Below are positions 1-9,934 of a DNA stretch of 64,000 nucleotides, in pieces. The first letter of the stretch is position 1; every line of letters begins with the position of its first letter. The translations under genes and the position numbers were made by a program. The notes below the pieces were generated by a model. The model saw only the letters and a list, made by a program, of their open reading frames with translations, did no database searches and had not been told where the DNA came from. The DNA is taken from positions 68,512,001 to 68,576,000 of the forward strand of contig CM059438.1 in assembly GCA_030390025.1 (NCBI GenBank), written 5' to 3'. Origin of the DNA: Squalus acanthias (Eukaryota).

Positions 1-1877
1 CTGACCGAGGCGGTTCGGGGCGGCCGGGGTCGGTGTCGCAGTCCCAGCCCGCTGCCTACTGCAGCCCACTCTCTCCAAGTGATTTTACATTAATTGGGCT
101 TGTTAAGCCCACCCTGCGAGGTTCCCGGCCAATTAATAGGAAGCTGGTCTGATGACATCATTTAATGACACGTTGTCAGCCGGTTTCCTTAAAGGGACCA
201 TGTTCAAATTGATCTTGACAGTTCTGTTGTCAGTATTCTACAGCATTAAGGTGCTGCAAACACTGACAAGCACTGCACAAAGGTGCACGGCTGCACCCAG
301 GCTCTCCCATGACTCCCTCCATATGCTTATGGAGGGAGTCACAGCACGCAGGGAGGTTCTCTTCCCTTCCCATGGGCGGAAGAGACCTCCCCAGGAGATC
401 AACGTAGCCTGGTTGCACATTACAAAGGAGGGCAAAAGCAGAGATGTCGTCAGGAGGACCAGGCTGCAGTGGCGCAAACCTTTCAATGATCTCAGTAGAT
501 CACGAAACGTTACTGCCAAGCCACACTCAAACTCATCCTGCTGTGCCACTCATCATAACCCCATCGCTCTGCCTTCCCTACCCTACTCCTGCACATCCTT
601 ACACACACCAACATACCTTGCACCTCCACCCATCCCTCTCTATCTACATTATCACATCCCCATCTCACTAGCCACCCCTCATACTCACCTTCATCCTAAT
701 GTAGGCATACGAACTAACAACACACAAGGGCAGGCATTTGGGTGGTTTAGCCAATGTTCATGTGAAGTTTCTGTTAATGTGTTGTCAAACTTTGAAATCT
801 ATATTTTCAACATTTTACCTTATTGTACAGATCTGTGTGCACCTTTGGAAGTGTCTTAGTGAGTTCCATTGAATGTTGAGACATAACTTCCCTTCTCCCC
901 CAAATGCGATGAGTGTGAAAGGAATGGCTTGGACATTATAGGGATGCTTTATGGTGCTGGTGTGGGGTGGTGTCAACCTGGCGCATCATGTGGCAGCCAG
1001 GGTGTACAGTGTTAAGTGAAGTAAATCTGGCCATGGTGATGCCATTGCTGGCCTCCCGGCCTGTGTCCTGTGCAGCATCAGGTGATTGAGGAGAAGGTTG
1101 GTGCTGTTGTTGATGATGTTGGTGTGCCTGGTGATGTTGGTGTTGGGGCTGATCGTGGAGGGATTCGGAGGACCAAGGTGAGATTTTTTCAAGGGCACCG
1201 ATGTTGCTGGAATAGATGGCAGCTGAAGTTGAGATGACAGAAGCGATCTGTCAATGGTGAGAGAGCTTGCTCCAAGGAGGTGACAGTGGATAGAGAGTTT
1301 ACTCCAAACTCTTCCAAACTGCATACAGCTCAAAAGTGTCTTCCAAGTCCTGAAGGCTCAAGCTTTTGACATTGGAAAGTGACCAAAGTGTGAAATGGTA
1401 GCTTTTATACCACTTTTGCAGCTGTCACCTATTCACAGCAATGGGGAGACATAGAGAACCCGACCTACTTACTTGACGTGATCTCCGAAAAAAGTTCATC
1501 AGGTACGTTTTTTCAGAGTCTTTGGCATTCTACAAAGTTAGGGAATTTCTGATGGTTCCTAAATTATATGAAAACATTTCTATGAAATTCATCAGGATCA
1601 ACCCTCGCCCTCCCTCGTTAAACCTCGTTAAAAAAGTAGTAAAATAGAAATAGGCTGGTAAAATAGTCATTAACAAGCGTTTAACAAGCATTTAAGTATC
1701 TTAAATGCCTCCCCCGCCGCTTGGTGTCGGGTGTGTTCTGAAATCGCAGACCCGACACTTTGGAAACTTACATGGAGGTGGGTTTGGAGCGGGCTTCCAA
1801 CCCGCTGTCAATCATTTCGATTTTGACAGCAGACCCGCCTCCGAACCTGCCCTCTGAGCACCAGCAAAATTGCGGCC
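1..1877 (+). mobile_element. Non-autonomous PIF/Harbinger element, left end cut off by the window
   Basis: Decayed Myb/SANT coding segment at ~290-500; right end AAAATTGCGGCC at 1866-1877; subterminal motifs (CTTGTTAAGCCC, TTAAC repeats) shared with family A MITEs. Confidence 0.75.
290..500 (+). pseudogene. Myb/SANT-like DNA-binding domain relic (Harbinger partner gene)
   Basis: APRLSHDSLHMLMEGVTARREVLFPSHGRKRPP...AWLHI...RRTRLQWRKPFNDLSR fits the trihelix Myb/SANT pattern (RFS..L..V...LF...AW..I....R...QC.K.F.DL). Confidence 0.75.
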
Positions 1878-2500
1878 AGTATTTCTATCAAGGGGGGCCT
1901 CAGAGAGGTGCTGCACAAATCTCTCAGCCAAGTAAACAGAATGCATGGAGATAATATGAGAAATAAGGAGATGGAATCCAAAAGTAGGCTATATTAACTG
2001 TATAACATGCTAGTGATACAAAACTCTGAATGCTCCATCACAAGGTTGGTTACCATAGTGATGAGCTTCAACACCATTCACCATTTATCTTTGCTAACAC
2101 TTTTTCTGAAAACAATTTTGAGATGAATTTCCTTGCTCTATTCAGTGCACTAATGGTATATAAATAGTGGAGGAAGCAATCTGATTGTTTGCTAGGTACT
2201 TTACGAGTATTTTAAGAGAAGCAGGAAACCATCTTCACATTTGTTGGGGACGGAGGGAATTAAGGAGGCATGAAAGCAAATGGGAGAGCAGAAGGTGCAG
2301 TGGCAAAGTTGGAACTTGAGTGTGCTACATCATGGATCGAGTTGTACGTTTTTGTGTGGCGTCCCTGAAGGTCTTTAAAGTTGGTGAGAAGGTGGGGAGG
2401 GCGAGGGTTGATCCTGAAGAATTTCATAGAAATGTTTTCATATCATTTAGGAACCATCAGAAATTCCCTAACTTTGTAGAATGCCAAAGGCTCTGAAAAA
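1509..2500. repeat. 106-bp inverted repeat pair (1509-1614 and 2395-2500)
   Basis: Arms are reverse complements with 3 mismatches by manual comparison. Confidence 0.95.
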
Positions 2501-2865
2501 TGGACAGTCCTTACCGTGGATGACGCTGTGCAGGATCCTGCCCTCAATCCGTCTCGTATATGGTATTTTTGATTTCAGCCATAGTATTCATTGGGCCGGG
2601 TGGGAATGGGTGGTGTTGGGTTGGTGCCAGCATCTAGAGTCCAGATAACCTCTCATCGGGGATAGAAACAGAAAATTGAAAGGAAGAGTCTCCTAAGATT
2701 GCTGTTGCATGTGTCTGAGCAGCCATTATTCATTCGGTATTGGAGATGTCACACTGCCCTGGGAGAAGAACAAATGAAAAACACAATGGGGAAAAAGATG
2801 TATTATGGCTCCAAGAGTATGCAGAGTGATACCAACACTAAAGACAGAAAAAGATAAAAATACAC

Positions 2866-3390
2866 AACAACAACAATTTGCATTTACATAGTGCCTTTAA
2901 CATCGTAAAACGTCCCAAGGCGCTTCACAGGAGCGTTATCAAACATAATTTGACACCGAGCCACATAAGGAGATATTAGGACAGGTGACCAAAAGCTTGT
3001 TCAAAGAAGTAGGTTTTAAGGAGTGTCTTAAAGGAGGAGAGGGATGTAGAGAGGCAGAGAGGTTTAGGAAGGGAATTCCAGAGCTTAGGGCCTAGGCAAC
3101 AGAAAGCATGGCCACCAATGGTGGAGCGATTAAAATTGGGGATATGCAAGAGGCCAGAATTGGAGGAGCGCAGAGATCTCGGAGGGCTGTAGGCAATGTT
3201 CCCTTTCATTTTTTTTCTGGGGTGCGCGGCCCCTTTAATGGGCTGCGCGGCCCATTCAAAATACCACGCATGCGCGGCTTTTCCTATTTAAAAGCCAGTG
3301 AGCCGTCTGCATGGGAGCTGCAGCGCGCTGTACGGCCGCACAGCTTAATGGGAACAATGGTTGTAGGGCCGGAGAAGTTTACAGAGATGC
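2866..3390 (-). mobile_element. L2-clade LINE 3' end, interrupted by a hAT MITE
   Basis: Minus-strand peptide PPRSLRSSNSGLLHIP...GGHAFCCLGPKLWNSLP...FKTLLKTYFFEQAF is the L2 ORF2 C-terminus; (TTG)n-type tail at ~2866. Confidence 0.85.
3194..3359. mobile_element. hAT-type MITE, 166 bp
   Basis: TIRs CAATGTTCCC / GGGAACAATG; 8-bp TSD GCTGTAGG (3186-3193) / GTTGTAGG (3360-3367); L2 sequence resumes after it. Confidence 0.85.
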
Positions 3391-3599
3391 ACAAGAATTT
3401 CATTAGCATCTAAAAGAGGAAAGGCAGGTTCATGTATTGGGTATATACAGAGCTGGAAACTGCAAGATAAATGACTTCCTCTATAGGACTCATCTAAATA
3501 AAAAGGAAAGCTTTTCTTTTGTAGAATCCTTGACATTTTCCCCTTTGTTTTGTTCAGCCCTGTAAAAGGGCTTCGCTCATCTCCTCGTTTCTGTTTCTG

Positions 3600-4009
3600 T
3601 TAAAGATTTTCACCTAAAACTTAAACATATTTTTTTTTTAATATAGATACAGATTTTCTTTAAGGTTTCTTGTGGGCCTGGAGGAGCAGGAGTGCTCCAC
3701 TGGGCCCCACAAGCAAACCTTGTAATTCCCCTGCCCTGCCCCATCCCCTGATCGCAAACCCCTCTGCCTCCCTCCCCCATCCATTTACTTTAGGGCCAGG
3801 CCTGTTCCCTAGGGTCCCCGGTGGTGGCCTCCTGCCTTGTCGAGTCCTGTCCCCCCTTCCGGCCACCTAGAGATTGCCGCCGGGTTTGGGCGGGAGTCTG
3901 TCCTCCAAAATGCTAACGAGGCCCAGGGGTTAAAATGGCCCGGGCATCACACTGGCGCCATCATGGGCACTTCCTGCACGCCACGCTCACCCTGAGTTAA
4001 AATTGGGGC
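3600..4009. mobile_element. Degenerate Harbinger-like MITE fragment
   Basis: GC-rich segment ending TTAAAATTGGGGC, like other Harbinger ends here; left boundary uncertain. Confidence 0.4.
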
Positions 4010-5285
4010 TCTAAAGTACCTTGCAGTCAAGATACACACAGGCTTCACAAAAACATATCTGTAAACTTACTAAACTGAGCAATGAAAAACCAGAGAAGTT
4101 CACTCTCAATAAACAGTGATCTTTTCTGGTTGCAGTGTTTGCTGAAAAAGGTTGCTTACTGTTGATAGTATTCATTTTGAGCTTACCCTATACAGGCTGT
4201 TAATTCAAAGCTGTTTCTGGCTCAAAAGAATTCATTATTCAATAGTACAAATTAAGCAATTTAAATAAAACCGCACAGGGGGAGTGTTTTATTGCAGATA
4301 AATTGAATTAAGCAACTTCAAATTAAGAGAAGCGCATTGTGCCCCATCTAACCATGTCATCCTTTTCTCCCTTGTGCCCAGTATCCATTATTTTTGCTGT
4401 GAGAAATCAATGGCCCGGATATTCCGATCCCTACGGGTGGGTACTCGCTGTGTACTCACCCGTAGGGACATCGGAAATGCCGGTTTCAGGCATGCACAGC
4501 GCATGCGCTGGAAACCGGCATTTCCGATCTGTCAAGAAAGGGCTTGACAGATCAAACGCATGCGCAGGATAGGCAGCGCTACCGGCTCAAAGTTCCAATT
4601 TTTTTCTCAAATGCTTCAGTCCAGGTACTTCCGAAACAGCTGTGCCCAGTAAAAGCAGGCGTACAGCCTGCATTCTACCGGAAGAAGCTCCAGGAAGAAG
4701 AACACTTTCAGCAGTGGGCTTGGAAACGGAACATTTTTAATTGTGAAAGTGAGCAGAGTTCTTTGTAGAAAGCCTGAGGTAAGTTTTTATCAACTTTAAT
4801 TTGTTAAAAACGGTTTTGGATCTTGTTTTGAGTAGTGTAGTTATAAAGAGCAACTCTTGCTGTGTGCAAGGTAATCATTCTATTGAATTAGATTTCATTT
4901 TCTCAAATGTGAAAATGACTGTTTAAAAATGAATTATTTAACATTTAATGAAGTTTTAAAAAATTATGCCAGAAAATATCAATTAATTAAATGTTAACAT
5001 TTCCATGCCCTTTAAAAATTGTATGTATGACTTTGTGAAAATGTTAAAGTTCTTAGAAAATCATCTCGGGCCGTGATATTCATCAGGCGGGTATGACGTG
5101 TTCCCGATCCGATACCACACGTTTCCCACCATAGCCCGACGTGATTTTCCAGCCACTCACTTTATTAAAATTACTTTTACAACTCTTTCCATTTTTTCCT
5201 TACAAGTACTTCATCTGTTTAAAGAGGAAGCCTGTGAGGGAGAAACAAGCCCTTTGACGATGTTGCCCTGATCCTCGGTGCGATT

Positions 5286-6395
5286 GTGCATCAGAGAATT
5301 GGAAACTCCAGGGAACAAGAAAGAAGACTGAAGAACCATCACCGTCTCTTGATCAGGAGGAACTACTACCCACCCCAGAGAGTGTACAAGGAGAGGCTGT
5401 CATTTGAGATGCTGTCGCAGGAGTTGTGTGTGAGGAGGCTGCGCTTCAGTAAAGAGGCAATCGGCCGACTATGTGACATGTTAGAGGAGGACCTTCAAAC
5501 ACGCTCGAAGACCCGCACTGCCTTGTCAGTGAACATGAAGGTAACCATAGCATTGAACTTCTTTGCAAGTGGGTCATTTCAGGCAGGCACCAGTGACATT
5601 TCCAACATCTCCCAGAGTGCTGCATTGGCCTGCATTCACCAGGTCACAGATGCCATTTTCCGTAGGGCTTCAGAGTTCATAGACTTTGACTTGTCCACTC
5701 GCCATCAAAAGGAGATGGCCCTTGCATTTTATAGCATTGCTGGATTCCCCAAAGTGATTGGGGCCATCGATGGAACCCATGTTGCATTGAAGGCACCACT
5801 GGATGCACCTGTGACATACATCAACAGAAAGGGGTTTCATTCATTGAATGTCATGATAGTCTGTTATGCGCACCTCAGGATCCTAAACGTGAATGCAGAT
5901 CACCAGGGAAGTGCTCATGACTCCTTCGTCCTCCGTAACTCGGACTTATATGGCACCCTCAGCACATTGCCTCCAGGATCCGCATGGATATTGGGCGACA
6001 AGGGCTACCCGCTGAGACCATGGCTGATGACTCCCTACTGCAAGACCAATACTGAGGCTCAGGAGAGATACAACCAGGCACACGTGTCCACACGGCAAGT
6101 GGTGGAGAGGACAATCGGGGTTCTGAAATCACGCTTCCGGTGCCTGGACAGGTCAGGGGGGACCTTGCAGTATTCTCCGCTGAAAGTGGCAAGGATTGTG
6201 GTGGCCTGTTGTGCTTTGCATAACTTTGCCCTGCGGGAAGGACTGACCCTTAACCCTGCAGAGGATAACCCTGCTGAAATGGAGGACATGGACGATGCCA
6301 ATGTGCCTGTGACCAGGCCTGATGGGGAGGAGCCGAGTGCTGCCAAAAGTAAGGCTGCTCGGGAACTGCTTGTAGCCAACACCTTCACGAGGTGA
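5286..6395 (+). CDS. PIF/Harbinger DDE transposase (HARBI1-like), 369-aa open frame; start codon uncertain
   Basis: Motifs LRFSKE, ALNFFASGSFQ, GFPKVIGAIDGTHV, NRKGFHSLN, GSAHDS, LGDKGYP, LMTPY, YNQAHVSTRQVVERTIGVLKSRFRCL, CCALHNF; D-D-E triad present. Frame opens at ~5238 with no early ATG. Confidence 0.93.
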   Translation: MHQRIGNSREQERRLKNHHRLLIRRNYYPPQRVYKERLSFEMLSQELCVRRLRFSKEAIGRLCDMLEEDLQTRSKTRTALSVNMKVTIALNFFASGSFQAGTSDISNISQSAALACIHQVTDAIFRRASEFIDFDLSTRHQKEMALAFYSIAGFPKVIGAIDGTHVALKAPLDAPVTYINRKGFHSLNVMIVCYAHLRILNVNADHQGSAHDSFVLRNSDLYGTLSTLPPGSAWILGDKGYPLRPWLMTPYCKTNTEAQERYNQAHVSTRQVVERTIGVLKSRFRCLDRSGGTLQYSPLKVARIVVACCALHNFALREGLTLNPAEDNPAEMEDMDDANVPVTRPDGEEPSAAKSKAARELLVANTFTR

Positions 6396-6510
6396 TGATA
6401 GTGTCGCCTTGTACCTCCCCCTCCCCCAGCAAGGCAAAGAAAGGAACAGACACAATTTAAAGTGAGAAGTCGCACAACACCAGGTTATAGTCCAACAGTT
6501 TTATTTGAAA

Positions 6511-6547
6511 TCACAAGCTTTCGGAGCGCTGCTCCTTCGTCAGGTGA
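6511..6547 (-). ncRNA. Minimal type I hammerhead ribozyme
   Basis: Minus strand TCAC-CTGACGA-A-GGAGC-AGC-GCTCC-GAAA-GC-TT-GTGA: stem I TCAC/GTGA, CUGANGA and GAAA cores, stem II, palindromic AGCT stem III, UH site. Confidence 0.85.
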
Positions 6548-6735
6548 AGTGAAGAAATGTATATCGGCACAGCATAAATAGTCAAAGAACACTGCCAGAC
6601 GAGTACAGTTAATCTTTCGAACTGCCCTTTATCACACCTCGGCAGAGAGACAATCACGGCAATCAAAGGTGTGGATGGTGTCCAAACAGGTCAGTCAGGA
6701 AAACATTACATCAAAGACAATGAGGTGGGGTCACA

Positions 6736-6875
6736 AGGGGTCAAATGTGGCAGATGCTGGGGTCTGTATGGAAAACAAAAAACTTTTTTTGCTGGAAATC
6801 ACAGCAGGTCCGGCCGCATCTGTGTAGAGAGAACAAGCCAACAACGACTCGAGTCTGGATGACTCTACGTCAGGT
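6736..6875 (-). mobile_element. Second Penelope pseudo-LTR piece with a degenerate hammerhead, nested in the first
   Basis: Resembles the pLTR at 12965; minus strand CTGACGT-A-GAGTC-ATCCA-GACTC-GAGT-CGTT (cores mutated); flanked by AGGTGGGGT(C/T)ACA at 6723-6735 and 6872-6884. Confidence 0.7.
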
Positions 6876-7368
6876 GGGGTTACATGTAGCGTGACATGAA
6901 CCCAAGATCCCGGTTGAGGCCATTCTCATGGGTGCTGAACTTGGCTATCAGTTTCTGCTCGACGATTTTGCGTTGTCGTGTGAAACAGTGAACTTTTATT
7001 GCAGCATCAAAGTCTTTTGAGATTCAGTTTTGATGTTCTTAGTTTTTAACTTTTAAATGTTAACTAGCTATTTTCTACTTTTCAAACATTCGCAAACATA
7101 ATTTTCTTAGTGCAATCAAGACATTCAAGATGGAAACTAGCTATTTTCTAATTTTCAAACAGTTGTAATTTTAAATATTTTTGCAAATAAAAAGTTGAAT
7201 TTTTTTTCACAGTGACTAGAGGCTGTACTTTTTAAACGAAACGGTTACATACACTTTCAGTCACAAATATATATTTCAATAAAAAAAGCAACGACAACAT
7301 TTAACATTTAAATAAAATGAAACATTAAAGAATTGAACGATTTGCCCCCTCGCATCTGTGCCTGAGGG

Positions 7369-7864
7369 TCAAAGGAGGTGCATTGTGCAAAAGGTGACAC
7401 CCTCCTGTCTCCTGCGCTTTCCCCCTCCTCGTGACCGGAGCCCTCTGCTGCCAATTGAAAGGCCCCTGTGTGCCATCTCTTGCCCTTCAGCAATTGGCTC
7501 GTGACAGGGTTGCTGCTGCTGCTGCTGCCGCTGATGCTGAGAGGCAACGTTTGCTTGCATCAGGACTGGCGGGGCTGCTGTCTCATGGGCCTGCACTGTT
7601 TCTGCGCTGGGAGCAGGTAAGGGCGGTTCTGCAGGAGTCAAAGTAATGGCATTGTTCCGCTGTCTGTGGAATGGTGGAGTTCATGCTGACAGCCTGGTCA
7701 ACTTCTGACCAAGCTGTCATCTGTCCTTTACGCGGCACCCTGGACTTCTGATTCCCAAGGATCCGCCGGCGCTTCTCCTCAACTTCATTGAGGAGTGTGC
7801 TGATGTCATCGTCACTGAAATTCTGAGCTCTCTTAATCATGCGAATTGTGCTCAGTCCTTCCAT
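7369..7864 (-). pseudogene. Harbinger Myb/SANT partner gene with an internal deletion/frameshift
   Basis: MEGLSTIRMIKRAQNFSDDDISTLLNEVEEKRRRILG...AWSEVDQAVS...TAEQC breaks before the expected RK(K)F.DL; basic tail RGLRSRGGGKRRR lies in another frame (7369-7641). Confidence 0.82.
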
Positions 7865-8029
7865 TTCAATTTGCTGATTAATTAAAATGAATGAAAAATA
7901 TTTTTTCAGGGCTTTTAAAACTCTTTAAATTGCTTCAAATCTCTTTAAAACGATTTAAGATTCTTCAAATCCATGTAAAAGTCTTTAAAAGTTTCTAAAA
8001 GTTTACAAAAGATTCAAAAAACTATAAAG

Positions 8030-8200
8030 AAACAACTTACCATTGAGTTTTGCAGCTACTTTCAGTTGCCAATGCTTCTGAAGAGTTGAAAAGAATTGGG
8101 GGCGTGGTCTATGCAAATATAACTTTTGAGGGCGGGTCTCCCCTACGCTCGAAGCCCTAGGCTCCGCGCACGCTGCGCTCCAGGGCGGCGTGACGTCACA
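8030..8200 (-). promoter_or_regulatory. Putative promoter and first exon of the Myb/SANT gene
   Basis: Octamer ATGCAAAT 8111-8118, GC boxes GGGGCGTGG and GGGCGGG, CRE TGACGTCA 8191-8198, minus-strand donor ATG|GTAAGT at ~8040. Confidence 0.45.
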
Positions 8201-8474
8201 CGCTGCCCAGGAGTCGTCAGGATTACATCGGAAGTTTACGTGGGCCCAGAGCATTAAGGTCAGTGCAGTTCTTTTTTGCAGGTCGGGGGCTTCCGCCCGC
8301 GGGAAGCCTCCGAGCGGAATATCAGGCCATTATGGGGCAATTAGAAAATGTTTTCTCTCCTGTTAACTTAAGGGTGGGGTGGGTTGGCAGTCGGCGGGGA
8401 ACACAGCGGGAGAAGTGCAGATAATGCAGCAGTACCTCGTGATGTGACGGTTTTCTCTAAATCGAAAAGATAAA

Positions 8475-9218
8475 GGCCCAGAAATTGATCTCGCTCTGTT
8501 CCCGCGGGGGTAAGCCTTCCCCGCGATGTCTCACCTCGCTTATGCTTTTTCTGATCCAGCTCGCACGAACTTGATGTTCCAGACATCAGCTGTGCTGGGC
8601 TTGCGTATCCCAGCGGCGCAGTTAATTCGTGCGAGCTGTGGGATCACGTGACTCAGTTAGAGCCAAAGGCAGCACACCATCTTCCATTCATAAGTCTCAC
8701 AGCATGGCTGTGAGACTTATGAATCTTACACCCCCCCAAAATAACAGCTAAACCTCAATTAAATTTAAAAAAAAACCCATCACATTAATAAAATAAGTAT
8801 AGTTAATTAAATTAACCATTTTAAACAAAAAATTAAATTTTTGAAAAAATTTAAAATCTTTTAAAAAGTTATAAAAATAAACTTACCTGTCTTTAAAGTC
8901 TATAAAAAAGATATACCTGTAAAAAAAAATTCAAAAAAATACTTAATTCACTACTTACCTTCTTAAAAGCGGGTCTTACTCCTCCTTTTTACATTTCCAA
9001 AATCTTCCCTACTTACCTGCGCGTCCAAAGCATGAAGTGCACAGCGTGCGCGCAGCCTGTAGCACGCACGCGATGCACCCAGGCCCCGCCCCCTTTTCGG
9101 AAGAGCAATTGCCGGTTTTCAGCGCATGCGCAGGGCATGCAGAAAACCGGCAATTGGAGTGGGAATACGCGAGAGTACGCAGTGCGTACTCTCGCGCACC
9201 GAGATCAATTTTCGGCCC
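8475..9218. mobile_element. Harbinger MITE, family B
   Basis: TIRs GGCCCAGAAATTGATCTC / GAGATCAATTTTCGGCCC; TSD AAA; inverted homologue of 17409-18172; ends resemble the 4412 Harbinger. Confidence 0.9.
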
Positions 9219-9934
9219 AAAATCAAGTGTGTTCAAGCAAACTCATAAATGTGTGCTCCTTGGAGCTGCAGCAGAAGTCTACACTGGACTAAGCCAACTC
9301 ATTTTATTTACTCTTCTGTGCCTCGTTGCGAAACATTGTATTCCTTCACTCCCTATTTTGTCAGAAATGTATCCATTTCTTTATCATTTACTTAGTCTGG
9401 TACACTTACAAAAAGTGCCCAATCTCCTTGGATTTGTGCCCACACTACATTGTTACTACTATTACTTTAGTCACTGTGCTCCTACCTTTCAAAAGTTCCC
9501 CACTCAGCATCTCCACCTTATCACCTGCCTTCCTGCCTTCAAAAGCCTCTCGAAGGCTTTTTTTTGACTGTACTCTTTCCCTCCTCTAATTTCAATGGAA
9601 CAAATATTGGACAGGTTCTACAATAAATGGGAGATCGACTCCTCCAGGTTACCGCCCAGGCAGTGAAGTTGCAAATTACTGCTACAATTTCATCATGTCT
9701 TTCGTAAGTCTGAACGATGGCTAGCTTTGATAACTCCACTGTTACTCCTTCATCTGTGGGCCTTACCACTTACTCTGATGCTAACTACAATACCTCCATT
9801 GCTATTTTTTGCCTCCATTCCTCTTATTATCCTTAACATTTATTTTCCATTCAATAACTTCTCACTCTCCCTAATGCTCAAGTCCATCCAAGATCTTCAT
9901 CGCACAACCTTGGGCAGGATACAAGAAGAAGTGA

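Larger units (their letters stand above)
6457..6982 (-). mobile_element. Penelope-like element 3' fragment (GIY-YIG C-terminus plus pseudo-LTR) between the Harbinger genes
   Basis: Minus strand ~6880-6981 reads TRQRKIVEQKLIAKFSTHENGLNRDLGFMSRYM*, a typical Penelope endonuclease end; hammerhead motif and AATAAA follow. Confidence 0.85.
4412..8328 (+). mobile_element. Near-complete PIF/Harbinger DNA transposon (transposase plus convergent Myb/SANT gene)
   Basis: TIRs GGCCCGGATATTCCG (4412-4426) and CGGAATATCAGGCC (8315-8328); 3-bp flanks AAT/ATT; two convergent genes as in Harbinger. Confidence 0.92.

Noticed and set aside
152..859. 235-aa ORF as a real gene
   Set aside because: Only ~290-500 is Myb/SANT-like; the rest is low-complexity read-through in a decayed TE.
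5286..6395. Domesticated host gene HARBI1
   Set aside because: Flanked by TIRs and a Myb/SANT partner, intronless and lacking a clear start; it is a transposon copy.
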